Shown one piece after another: positions 24,401-36,400 of a DNA stretch of 64,000 nt. The translations under genes and the position numbers were made by a program. Source of the stretch: Scenedesmus sp. PABB004 (Eukaryota); the NCBI GenBank assembly GCA_014905635.1, contig JABVCE010000004.1, forward strand, positions 1,674,001 to 1,738,000, written 5' to 3'. Numbering within the stretch: the first letter of the stretch is position 1; each line of letters begins with the position of its first letter. Under the pieces are notes generated by a model. That model saw nothing but the letters and a program-made list of their open reading frames with translations. It searched no databases and was not told where the DNA came from.

Positions 24401-27400
24401 CACCAGCTCGTGCCGTCGCAGCGCGGCTCGTTCGGCGGCCTGGCGCCGCAGCCCGTCGACCTCGGCCGGCTGCGCCCCGGCCAGCTGGGCGTGCGCGTGG
24501 CGGCGGTGGGCATCAACTTCAGGGACGTGCTCAACGTCCTCGGCATGTACCCGGGCGACCCCGGCGCGCCCGGCAGCGACGTCGCGGGCGTCGTGGTCGC
24601 CGCCGGCGGCAGCGCCAGCGGCGGCGCGGGCCTGGCGCCCGGGCAGGCCGTGTTTGGCCTGGCCGTGGGCGCGCTGGGCAGCGCGGTGGCGTGCTCCGCG
24701 TCCACGCTGGTGGCCATGCCTCCCTGCCTCAGCTACGAGGCTGCAGCCAGCATGCCCACGGTCTTCATCACCGCCCAGATGGCGCTGGGCGCCGTCACGG
24801 CCGTGACTGCGGGCGAGCGCGTGCTGGTGCACGCGGGCGCCGGCGGCGTGGGCCTGGCGGCGCTGCAGGTGCTGCGCGGCGCCGGCGCGACGCCGCTGGC
24901 GACCGCGGGCAGCCCCGCCAAGCGCGCGCTGCTGCGGGGCCTGGGGGTGGCGCACGTGGTGGGGTCACGCGACACGGCCTGCTACGCCAGCATCGCGGCG
25001 GGCGGCGGCGTGGACGTGGTGCTCAACTCGCTGACGTCGCCCGGCATGGTCGGCGGCGCGCTGGCCGTGCTGCGGCGCGGCGGTCGGTTTGTGGAGATTG
25101 GCAAGCGCGACAGCTGGGGCCCCGCTGCGGTCGCGGCGGAGCGCCCGGACGTGAGCTACGGCCTGCTGGCCGTTGACTTCCTGCCGGACGGCGTCGTGCA
25201 CGCGGCGCTGCGGGCCGTGGCGGCGGGCGTCGCGGCCGGGCAGCTGGCGCCGCTGCCGACCGTGAGCTACGGCCTGGCCGCGGCGGCGGCGGCGCTGCGG
25301 CAGATGAGCCAGGCGCGGCACGTGGGCAAGGTGGTGGTCAGCACCTCCCTGCCCGCGGCGGCGCCCGCGGCCGGCGCGGGCCGCGTGCTGGTCACCGGCG
25401 GCCTGGGCGCGCTGGGCGGCCTGGTGGCTGCCTGGCTGGCACGCCAGGGCGTGCGGCAGCTGCACCTGCTGGGCCGCAGCGCGCGCCTGCAGGCGGGCGG
25501 CAGCGCGCAGCGCCTGTGCGCCGCCGGCGGCTGCGCCAGCCAGGTGGTGGTGAGCCAGTGCGACGCGGCGGCTGCCGAGGACCTTGCCGCTGCGCTGGAC
25601 CGCGGCGGCGGGCTGCTGCCCGTCGAGGTGGTGATCCACGCCGGCGGCGTGCTGGCCGACGCCACGCTGGCGGCGCAGCAGCTGCGCGGCGTGCGCGCGG
25701 TGGCGGGCGCCAAGCTGCCCGCCGCGCAGCGCTTTGCTGTGCTGGCGGCGCGGCAGCCCGTGCGCAGCGTGGTGCTGTTCAGCAGCGTTGCGAGCCTGCT
25801 GGGCTCGCCCGGGCAGGCCAACTACGCCGCCGCCAACGCGGGCCTGGACGCGGCCGCGAGCGCGGCGCAGCTGGCGGGCGTGCCAGCGGTGTCGGTGCAG
25901 TGGGGCGCGTGGGCGGGCGGCGGCATGGCGGCGGCCGACGCGTCGACCGCGGCGCGCGTGGAGCGGCTGGGCATGGGCCTGATCGCCCCGGGCGCGGGCC
26001 TTGCCGCGCTCGAGGGCGCGCTGGGCAGCCTCGGTCGCCTCGGCGCAGGCGCGGGCGGCCCGCCCGTGCTGGCCGCCGTGCCCTTCCACTGGCCAACCTT
26101 CTTCGCCCGTCAGCGCGGCAGCGCCCCTGCGGCGCTGCTCGCAGAGTTTGCTGACGAGGCCGCCACGGGCCCCGCCGGGCGCCCGCAGCGCGCCGCCGGC
26201 GAGCGGGTACGAGGCACGCGCGTGCCCGGCGCGATGCTGGAGGCGCAGGTGGGCGACGCTGTGGCCACCATCCTGGGCAGGACGGTGGCCTCGGACGAGC
26301 CGCTCGTTGCTGCTGGACTCGACTCCCTCGGCAGCGTGGAGCTGCGCAACAGCCTTCAGGTGCGCCGGCGCCGCCGCGCGCTGCCGAGCCTCCCCTTCGC
26401 CCGCCGCCGCGCAGCTCCCCTCACCCCTCGCCGCCGCCGCGTGTGCGTCAGGGCGCGCTGCGCGTGGACCTGCCAGCGACCCTGGTGTTTGACTTTCCCT
26501 CGGTGGCCGCCATCGCGGCCTTTGTCGCCGGCCTGGCGCCGCCCGCGGTCGGCGCGCCGAGCGAGGGCGATGACGAGACGGCCGAGGCGCCGGCGCTGCG
26601 CAGCGCGCGCCCGCAGCCCCCGCCCGCCTCAGCCCTGGCGGCGGGCGGCGAGGCGGCGCCGCGCCTGGTCGCCATCACCGCCCTTGCCAGCCGCACCGCG
26701 GCCGACAACGCGGTGATGGTGCTGGCCGGGCGCGACGCGAGCGCACGCGTGCCGTTTGCGCGCTGGGAGCTGGAGCGCCAGGAGGCGGTGCGGCGCGCAG
26801 CGCCGCCTGCGCCCGCGCGCCGCCCGCCCGCCGCGCACTCGCGCGCGGTCTCACCGCCGCCGCCCCGCCGCCGCCGCCGCCGGCGCAGCTTGTGGGCGAC
26901 CTGCCCGTGCAGTTTGGCGTCTTCCTTGACCGCGTGGACCTGTTTGACGCGGCCGCCCTCGGCATCGCCGGCCCGGAGGCGGCGCTGCTGGACCCGCAGC
27001 AGCGCCTGCTGCTCGAGGTGGCCGCCGAGGCACTCGCGGGCGCCCGTGGCGCGGCCGGCCTCGCCGCCTTTGCCGGCCCGCGCCGCGCGACGGCCGCGTT
27101 TGTGGGCGTGTCCAGCATGGACTACAACCGGGTGCGCGGGCGCACCGATCGACGGCGCTGCCTCGGCTGGCGCGCGGCGCCCCTGGCTGCCAGCCGCTGA
27201 CAGATCACGCCGCTGCCGTCGCCGCCGCAGGTCTCGGTGCGGCTCACCGGCGGTGTGACGCCCTACACTTCAACCGGCGCGAGCCTGAGCGTCGCCGCGG
27301 GGCGGCTCTCGTACACCTTTGGCCTGTCGGGGCCCGCCGTCAGCGTCGACACGGCCTGCTCCAGCAGCCTCGTCGCGGCGCACAGCGCGCTCAGCGCGCT

Positions 27401-30400
27401 GCGCCTCGGCCAGGCCGGCGCGGCGCTGGCGGGCGGCGCCAACCTCACGCTCTCGCCCGACACGCCGGCGGCCTTCCAGAAGGCCGGCATGCTCTCGCCC
27501 GAGGGCCGCTGCAAGACGCTCGACGCGGCCGCCGACGGCTACGTGCGCGCCGAGGCGGTCGGGCTGCTGCTGCTGGAGGCCTGGGCCGGCACGGCAGCCG
27601 CCGACGGCGCGCCCGCGGCGCAGCCGCTGGGCCTGCTGGCGGGCAGCGCGGTCAACCAGGACGGCCGCTCGTCGGCGCTGACGGCGCCCAACGGCCCCGC
27701 GCAGCAGGCCGTGCTGCGCGCGGCGCTCGCCGCCGCGGGGCTGCCGGCGGAGCAGGTGGACCTGCTGCAGATGCACGGCACCGGCACCAGCCTGGGCGAC
27801 CCCATCGAGGTCAGCAACTCAGCTGGCGGAGCGGAGCGGGGCTGCTGCGGCTTACCGCTGCCCGCCCGCGGCGGCACCTGCAGCGCCCCGACCCGCCGCC
27901 GCGCCGCGCCGGCGCAGGTGGGCGCCACCGCTGCGGTGTTTGGCCCCGGCCGGCGTGCGGGTGACGACACTCCGCCGCCCCTGGCCTTGTTCAGCAGCAA
28001 GGCCACGATGGGCCACAGTGAGCGGCGGCGGGCTCAGCCTGCGCTGCGCGCCTGCGCTCGCGGCAGCGCGGCGCGCCGACCGCCCGCACCCGCCGCCGCC
28101 CGCAGGCGAGCCTGCTGCCGGCGTCGTGGGCGTGCTGCACAGCCTGCGCGCGGTGCAGCAGGGCGCGCTGCCGCCGCTCATCCACCTGCGCACCGTCAAC
28201 CCCCACGTCGGCAGCGCGCTGCCGGCCCCGCCGAGCGGGGCGCGTGGCGCGTTCCAGCTGCCGCGGCAGCTCGCACCGCGCGCGACGCGCGGTGTGCCGG
28301 CCTCCGAGCTGGGCCTCGTGGTGGGCGTGAGCGGCTTTGCTTTCCAGGTGCGGCCGCGCCGGCGCCGAGGCTGCTGCTGCGCCTGCGCGCGCGCCCGCCC
28401 GCGCCCCGCTGAGGCACCCCACCTGCCGCCACCGCCGCCGCGCGAGCAGGGCACCAACGCCCACGTGGTCCTGGCGGCGGCGGCGCGCGGTCCGAGCGCG
28501 GTGGCGACGCCGCCTGAGGGCCTGGCGTGGGCGCGGGGGCGGCACTGGTTCATGCCGCCGCTGAGCCCCCTGCTCGGGCGCGTGCTGGGGACGAGCCCCG
28601 CCGCGAGCGGGCGCGGCCCCGGTGCGGTGCACTTCCAGGCGCGCCTGGGCGCGCCGAGCAACGCGGCGCTCTTCGGCAACGCGGCGCCCGGCGGCGCGCT
28701 GGTGCTGCCTGCGGCGGCTGGCGTCTTGGTCGCCGCGGCTGCCGTGGACGCCGTGAGCGCCGCCAGCGCCGCCGCCGCGCGGCCCGAGGTGCTGCTGGCG
28801 GGCGTGGCGTTTGGCCGGCTCGTGTGGCCGAGCGCGGGCGTGGGCGCGGGCGCGCTGGAGCTGACGGTCAGCCTGCAGCTCCGCGCAGGCGAGCTCAGCG
28901 TGGCCGGGACCACGCCGTCCGGCGCCTGTGGCAGCGTCATGGAGGCAGCGATCGTCCGCCACGCGCCGCAGGCGGCGGCCCTCGCGGGGGCGCGGCACGG
29001 CGCCGCCGCCCCCGCCAGCGGCGCCGCGCGCCCGCCGTCCTTCCTGTCGGCGCTGCTGCTCGCGGCCGCGGCGCGCCACGGGCAGCTGCCCGGGCCGTTG
29101 GTCAAGGCGCAGGTCGCGCCGGCGCCGGCGCCGGCGGGCGCGCAGCCGGTGCTCGCGGCGGCACTGCAGCTCGAGGCGTCGCTGCTGCTGCCGCTCTTTG
29201 CTGCCACGGCTGCCGCCGCCGGCGCGGCGGGCGCGCTCGCGGCGGCGCTGCCGGCGGGCCTGGACAGCTGCCTGGTCGACCCGCGCGGGTTTGGCGCGCA
29301 CGGCGCGCTGGACCTGGTGGACCCTGACCTCCCAGCGCCCCGCGCGCCGCGCGCCAGCACGCTCTGGCTGACCAGCCCCGCGAGCGGCACGGCCATGCAG
29401 CTGCGCGGCGTCACGTTCAGGGCGCTCGACGCCGCGGCGGCGCCGCCAGCCGTCGCGGCGCCGGCCGGCGTGCTGGCGGCGCTGCGCGGCGCGCCGCAGC
29501 TGCCGGGGGCCTCGAATCCGCTGCGCGGCGGCGGCGCGGCGCAGGTGAGCGGCGTGCGGCACCGGCCGCTCTGGGCAGGCGGCGAGGCGCCCGCGCCGGC
29601 TCTTGGGGCCCCGCGCGCGTCGCTGCTGCAGCCGCCGGGTGAGCCTGGCGCCGAGGAACAGGGCTTCTTGTATGCGACAGAGTGGGTCGCGGCCGGCGTG
29701 GCGCGCGGCGAGGCGGCGGCGGCCCCTGCGCCCCTGCTGCACGTTGCCGCCAAGGCGCAGCGCGACGCGGGCGCGGGCGTGCGCCACGCGCTCTGGCTGC
29801 TGCAGGGCGCGGCGCCGGCGGACGGGCTGCTGCGCCTGCACACGCGCGGCGCCTTTCCGCATGCGGCCGGGTCGTGCTGCCCCTCGCCGGCGGGGCCCGG
29901 CGCGGCGACGGCCGCCAGTATGCCGTGGGCGGTGCTGCGCGCGGCGGCGCTGGAGGCTCCGCAGTCGTGGCTGGCCGCCACGGACGGCGTCGACGCCGAC
30001 CCCGCCGCGGCGGGCAGCCTGGGCTTCAGCCTGCTGCCGCCGGCGGGCGCGGGGCTCGCCGCGCGCGGGCCGCTGGCCGAGCCCGGCCTGCACGGCAGCA
30101 CGGTGTTTGGCGGCGCTCTCTACGTCACGCGCCTCGCGCGCGTGCCAGCAGCGGCGGCGGCGGCCGCCGCCGAGCCGCCCGCGCCGCTGCTGGACGTGGC
30201 GGCGCGGCGGGGGACGTACGTCGTCACCGGCGGCGCCGGCGCGGTCGGCGCGGTCACCGCGCGCTGGCTGGTCGAGGTGCTGCGCGTGGAGCACGTGCAC
30301 CTGGTCAGCCGCGGCGGCGCGCTGCCCGAGGGCCTTGGCGACGCACGGGGCCCGCCGGCGCTGGTGACCGCGTCCAAGGGCGACATGGGCTGCGCGGAGG

Positions 30401-33400
30401 TCGCGGCCGCGCTGGTGCGCGCCTCCGAGGCGTGGCGCCTGCCCGTGCTGGGCGTGTTCCATGCCGCTGGCGTGCTCGCCGACGGGCTCGTCGGCGGCCA
30501 GAGCCTGCGCAGCGTGCGCGCCGCGCTGGCGCCCAAGGTCGCCGCCCACGCCGCGCTGAGCCGCGCACTTGCGGGGCAGCCTGTGCGCAGCGTGGTGCTG
30601 TTCAGCAGCGTCGCGAGCCTGCTGGGCTCGCCCGGGCAGGCCAACTACGCCGCCGCCAACGCGGGCCTGGACGCGGCCGCGTGCTCGGCGCAGCTGGCGG
30701 GCGTGCCGGCGGTGTCGGTGCAGTTTGGCGCGTGGGCGGGCGGCGGCATGGCGGCGGCCGACGCGTCGACCGCGGCGCGCGCAGCCCGCCTGGGCCTGGG
30801 CCTGCTGACAGCGGAGCAGGGCCTGGCGGCGCTCGCGGCCGCGCTCGCGGCCGCCGCGACGCCGCGCTCGCTGACGGGCAGGACGGCTGTGCTCGCGGCG
30901 GTGCCGATCGCCTGGCCCGCCTTCCTGGCGCGCCAGGCGCAGCCGCTGGGCGCCCTGTTTGCATCGTTTGCGACCGAGGCGCCGGCGGCGGCGGCGGCGG
31001 CTCCGCCCGGCGCCGCCCGGCCGGAGCAGGGGGAGCCCGAGCCTGCGCTCAGCGAGGCGGAGGTGGCCGCGGCGGTGGCTGAGGCTGTCGCCGCGATCCT
31101 CGGCGCAGACGTGCCTCCGGACGAGCCGCTGATGGCGGCGGGGCTGGACAGCCTCGGCGCGGTGGAGCTGCGCAACGCGCTGCAGGTGCGGGCGCTGCGC
31201 GCGGCCGCCCCAGCCGGCGCTCAGCGGGCGGCGGCCTCCCTCCCTCCGCCGCTCCGCCGCTGTCGCTCACGCTGCCCGGCCGCCACCGCCGCCGCCGCCC
31301 TGCGCGCCGCAGGAGTCGCTGTCGGTCAGGCTGCCCGCCACCGCCGTCATCGACTTCCCCACCGTGTCGGCGCTCAGCGGCTTCATCGCCCAGCAGCTCG
31401 CGCCGCCGCTGCCCGACGCCGCCGGGCCGGCCCCCGCCGCCGCGCCACTCGGCGGCGCGGCGGCAGCGCCGGCTGCACCGCACGCCGGGGCCGGCGGTCT
31501 GCTCGTGCTGGCGGCGGCGGCGCGCGTGCCGCCGGCGCAGGCGGGCGGCATGGACGCGGTCGGGCTCGTGCCGCTGGAGCACTGGGACGTGGAGGCGCCG
31601 CCCGCGGCGTGCACCGCGGCGCGGTTTGGCGCCTTCCTGCGCGACGTGGACCTGTTTGACCGCGCGCCGTTTGGCGTCGGCGCGGCCGAGGCGGCGCTGC
31701 TGGACCCGCAGCAGCGCCTGCTGCTCGAGGCCGGCGCGCAGGTGCTGCTGTACCCTGGCGGCGGCCGCAGCGGCGCGAGCCCGCTCGCGCGCGGCGCGCG
31801 GCGCGCGGGCGTGGGCGTGTACGTCGGCGCAGCGTCGTCCGACTACGCCGCCCTGGCCAAGGCGTTTGCCCCGCCCGGCGCCTTCCACGCGACCGCCAGC
31901 GCGCTCAGCGTCGCGTCGGGGCGCCTCGCGTTTGCATTTGGCCTGTCCGGCCCCGCGCTGAGCGTGGACACCGCGTGCTCCGCGTCGCTCGTCGCGCTGC
32001 ACCTCGCGGGCGCGGAGCTCCTCGCCCCCGCCGGCGGCGCGGCCGCGGCGCTCGTCGCGGGCGTGCACGTCCAGGCGACGCCCACGTCCACGTCGTACGT
32101 GTGGGCCGCGGGCATGCTCTCGCCCGAGGGCCGCTGCAAGGTCCTGGACGCGGCCGCCGACGGCTACGTGCGCGGCGAGGCGTGCCACGTGCTGCTGCTG
32201 GCGGCCGCCGGCGCGGCCGCCCCCGGCGCGGCGCCGCTGGCGGTCGTGCTCGGCAGCGCGGTCAATCAGGACGGCCGCAGCAGCAGCCTCACCGCGCCCA
32301 ACGGCCCCGCGCAGCAGGCCGTGCTGCGCGCCGCGCTCGCCGACAGCGGGCTCGCGCCGAGTGCCGTGAGCCTGCTCTCGCTGCACGGCACGGGCACGCC
32401 GCTGGGTGAGCGCATCGGCGCCGCGCGCGTGCGCACGCGCCGTTGCCGACGGTCGCCCTCGTGGGGCGTCTGCCGGCGCGCGACACGCCATCCCGCCGCC
32501 GTCCGCCGCCGCCCGCTCCCCGCCCGCGCAGGCGACCCCATCGAGATTGGCGCGGCGACCGCTGTCTTCCTGCCGGGCACCGCGCCGCGCGCGCAGCCGC
32601 TGTCGCTGCTGGCCTCCAAGTCGTGGCACGGCCACGGTGAGCGGCGCCTTGCACCCGAGCCGCGCGCCTGCGCACGCACGCTGGCGCGGCGCTCTGACCG
32701 CCCGCGCCCGCCGCCCCCCCCCCAGGCGAGCCGGCAGCCGGCCTGGCGGCCGTCGCGCACGCTGCGGCGGCCGCGGCCGCGCGGGCACGCGCGCCGCTGC
32801 TTCACCTGCGCTCGCTCAACCCGCACGTCGCCGCCAACCTGGACATGCTGCCGCGCAGCAGTGCCGGCATCGCGGCCGCGCGGCAGCCCGGCCCGCTGCC
32901 GCTGGCGGCTGCCGAGCCGGGTGCCCTCGTCGGCGTGAGCGGCTTCGCTTTCCAGGTGCGGCCGCACTGGCGCCGAGGCTGCCGCTGAGACCGCGCGCAC
33001 GCCCGCCTGCGCGCCGCTGAGGCGCCCCGCCGCCTGCCCCCGCTGCCGCCGCCGCCGCCGCGCGAGCAGGGCACCAACGCCCACACGGTCATCGCCGTCA
33101 ACGCCGCCGCAGTCGCATGGGGCGGCAGCGCGCGCGCCGCGCCGGCGCTGGCCTGGCGCCGCGCTCGCGCGTGGGCCGCGCCTGCTGCGCACCTGCTCGC
33201 GCGCGCCGTGGCCGCCGCCGCGCCGCCGGTCGTGGTGCTCGCCGCCGACCTGGGCGCGCCGCAGCTGAGCTTTCTCTGGGACCACCAGGTGCGCCCGCGT
33301 GCTGGCCAGCCGGCCGGGCCCGTCCGGCCAGTTGTCTCTCGCTCTCTCAAGCCCGCCCCCCACACGCCCTGGTCTCACACTCCTCTCTCCCTTACCTCCC

Positions 33401-36400
33401 TCCCTCCCGCTCGCTCGCGCGCGCAGGTCTCCAGCGCCGCGATCTTCCCCGGCGCCGGCTTCTTCCTCGCTGGCGCAGCCGCCGCGCGCGCGCTGGCGCC
33501 CGCCAGCAGCGGCGCCGGCCTCGCGCTCGCGCGCGTTTCCATCCCCGCGCCGCTGCTGCTGCCGCGCCCCGGCAGCGGTGTGCCGGCTCCGGTGCTCCAG
33601 GTCCGCGTCGACGCGGCGGCGGGGCAGCTCGCCGTCAGCACGGCCGGCGCGGGCGGCGGCGCGCGCACGCTTCACATGGCCGGCGCGTTCGAGTTTGTGC
33701 GTGCCGCCTCCGACGCGCGCGTCGCCTCCGGCGCGGACCGCGGCAGCCTCGCCACGCGCGCGGCTGCGCTGTTGCCCAGCACGGCGCGCGCGGCGCAGGC
33801 TGCGGCGGCGGCGGCGGCGGCGCCGCCCGGCGCGGCCGTGGCGGCGGTGGCGCCGGCGGACCACGGCGACGGCTGCGAGCTGGACGTCGGCGCGTTTGAC
33901 GCCTGGCTGCAGCTCGGCCAGGTGTTCCTGCTGCGGCGCGCGACGACCGGCAGCCGCGGCGTGCACGTGCCCACCGGCGTGGAGCTGCTGCTCCTGCCCG
34001 CCCCGGCGCGCGGCGCCGCCACGGCCGAGCGCCTGCTGGCGCACGCATCGCCGCGTGCGGCGCCGCCCGGCAGCCAGGCGGCGGTCAGCGACTACGGCCT
34101 CGCCTCGTGTCGCGGCGCGCTGCTGTGCAGCGTGCGCGGGCTGGCCGCCAAGCCCTTTGCCGCCGCGCCGGCTGGCCCGGCCGCGGCGGGCGCCGCCGGC
34201 GCTGCGGCCGAGGCAGGGGCGCCGGAGCTGCTGTACGAGGTGCAGTGGCAGGCGGCGGAGCTGGCGGCAGCGCTGCCGGACGCAGGGCCAGCAGGCGACG
34301 AGGCCGCCGCTTGCGTGCGGCTCACGCGCGGCGCCGGCGCAGCGGCAGCTGTCGCGGCGCTGCAAGGCCTGCTGCCGCGCGGCAGCGGGCGCGGCGTCGC
34401 ACTCGCTGGTGCCGCGAGCGCCGGCGCCCTCGCCGGCTTCCACGAGCCGGCCGCGCCAGACCCGGCGGGTGGCGTGCTGGCAGGCGTGGCCGGCATGCTG
34501 CGCTGCGTGGCGCTGGAGCAGCCGGAGCTGGAGCTGGCGGTGCGGGCGGCCAGCGCATACGGCGCGAGCGCCCCGCGTGTGCAGCGCCTGCAGGCCGGCG
34601 GCGCGGCCGGCGGCGGCGACGGCGCGTTTGGCGACTGGGCCTCCGCCGGCGCCGCGTTTGTGCCCCGCCTCCTGCCAGCCGCCGCGGCCGCCGCGCCCGG
34701 CGGCTTCCAGCTGTTGCCAGCAGTGCGCGGGTCGCTGGGCGCGCTCGCGCCCGTGCCCGTGCGCGACTGGCGCCGGCGCGGCGGCGGCGCCGAGGTGCTC
34801 GTCGCGGTCCGCGCTGTGGGCATCAACTTCAGGGACGTGCTCAACGTCCTCGGCATGTACCCGGGCGACCCCGGCGCGCCCGGCAGCGACGTCGCGGGCG
34901 TCGTCGTGGCAGGCCCCGGCGCCGGCGGCGCCGTGTTCGGGCTCTCCACCGGCGCGCTCGCCAGCCACGTCGTCGCGTCGGCGCTCACCGTCGCCCCCCT
35001 GCCGCCCTGCCTCAGCTTCGAGGCCGCGGCCAGCATGCCCACGGTCTTCATCACTGTCGACATGGCGCTGCTGCAGGCGGCCGGCCTGCGCGCGGGCGAG
35101 CGCGTGCTGGTGCACGCGGGAGCCGGCGGCGTGGGCCTGGCGGCGCTGCAGCTCGTCCGCAGCGCCGGCGCGACGCCGCTGGCGACCGCGGGCAACCCCG
35201 CCAAGCGCCCGCTGCTGCGGCGCCTGGGTGTGGCGCACGTGGTGGGGTCGCGCGACACGGCCTGCTACGCCAGCATCGCGGCGGGCGGCGGCGTGGACGT
35301 GGTGCTCAACTCGCTGACATCGCCCGGCATGGTCGGCGGCGCGCTGGCCGTGCTGCGGCGCGGCGGTCGGTTTGTGGAGATTGGCAAGCGCGACATCTGG
35401 GGCCCCGCCGCGGTCGCGGCGGAGCGCCCGGACGTGAGCTACAGCCTCGTCGCCGTTGACTTCCTGTCGGCGGCCGGCATCCATGCCGCCATGCTCAAGC
35501 TGTCGGCGCGCCTCGCGGTGGGCGCGATCGCGCCGCTGCCGAGCGTTGTGCACGACCTGGGCGCCGTCGCGGCGGCGCTGCGGCAGATGAGCCAGGCGCG
35601 GCACGTGGGCAAGGTGGTTGTCAGCGCCACCGCCGCGGCGCCGCCCGCACTGCACAGAGGCGGCAGCGTCGGCGGCGGCCCTGCCGGCACGGTCGTCGTC
35701 ACCGGCGGCACGGGCGCGCTCGGGCAGCTGGTCGCGGGCTGGCTCGGCGCCGCACAGGCGCGGCACCTCGTCCTGGCCAGCCGCGGCGGGCGCCTCAGCG
35801 CCGGCAGCGGGCTGGCGCGGGACCTGGCAGACGCGGAGCACCCGCTGCACGCGGCCATGGTCACGATCACGTCGTGCGACGTTGCGGCGGCCGAGGACGC
35901 GGCGGCCCTCTTCGACGGCCCCGCGGGCCGCGGCGGGGCCGGCACGCTGGCGCGCGCGCACCCGCCGCTCTCTGCAATCATGCACGCGGGCGGCGTGCTC
36001 GCGGACGCAACGCTCGGCAGGCAGACCCTGGCCGGCGTGCGGCAGGTGGGCTCGGCGGCGGCGGGGGCGCACGGGGACAGACAGGGCACACAGCTGGCTG
36101 CGCTTCGCCGCCGCCGCTGACCCTCGGCCCGCCCGACCTGACCGCAGGTGTTTGCCCCCAAGCACGCCGCCGCCACGCGCCTGCAGCCGCTCTTGCAGCA
36201 GCACCCGGTCAGCCACCAGGTGCTGTTCAGCAGCGTCGCGAGCCTGCTCGGCTCGCCGGGGCAGGCCAACTACGCCGCCGCCAACGCGGGCCTGGACGTG
36301 GCCGCGCGTGGGCTCTCCGCGGCCGGCCTGCCCGCCATGGCGGTGCAGTTCAGCGCCTGGGCGGGCGGCGGCATGGCCGCCGCGACCGCGTCCAAGGTGG

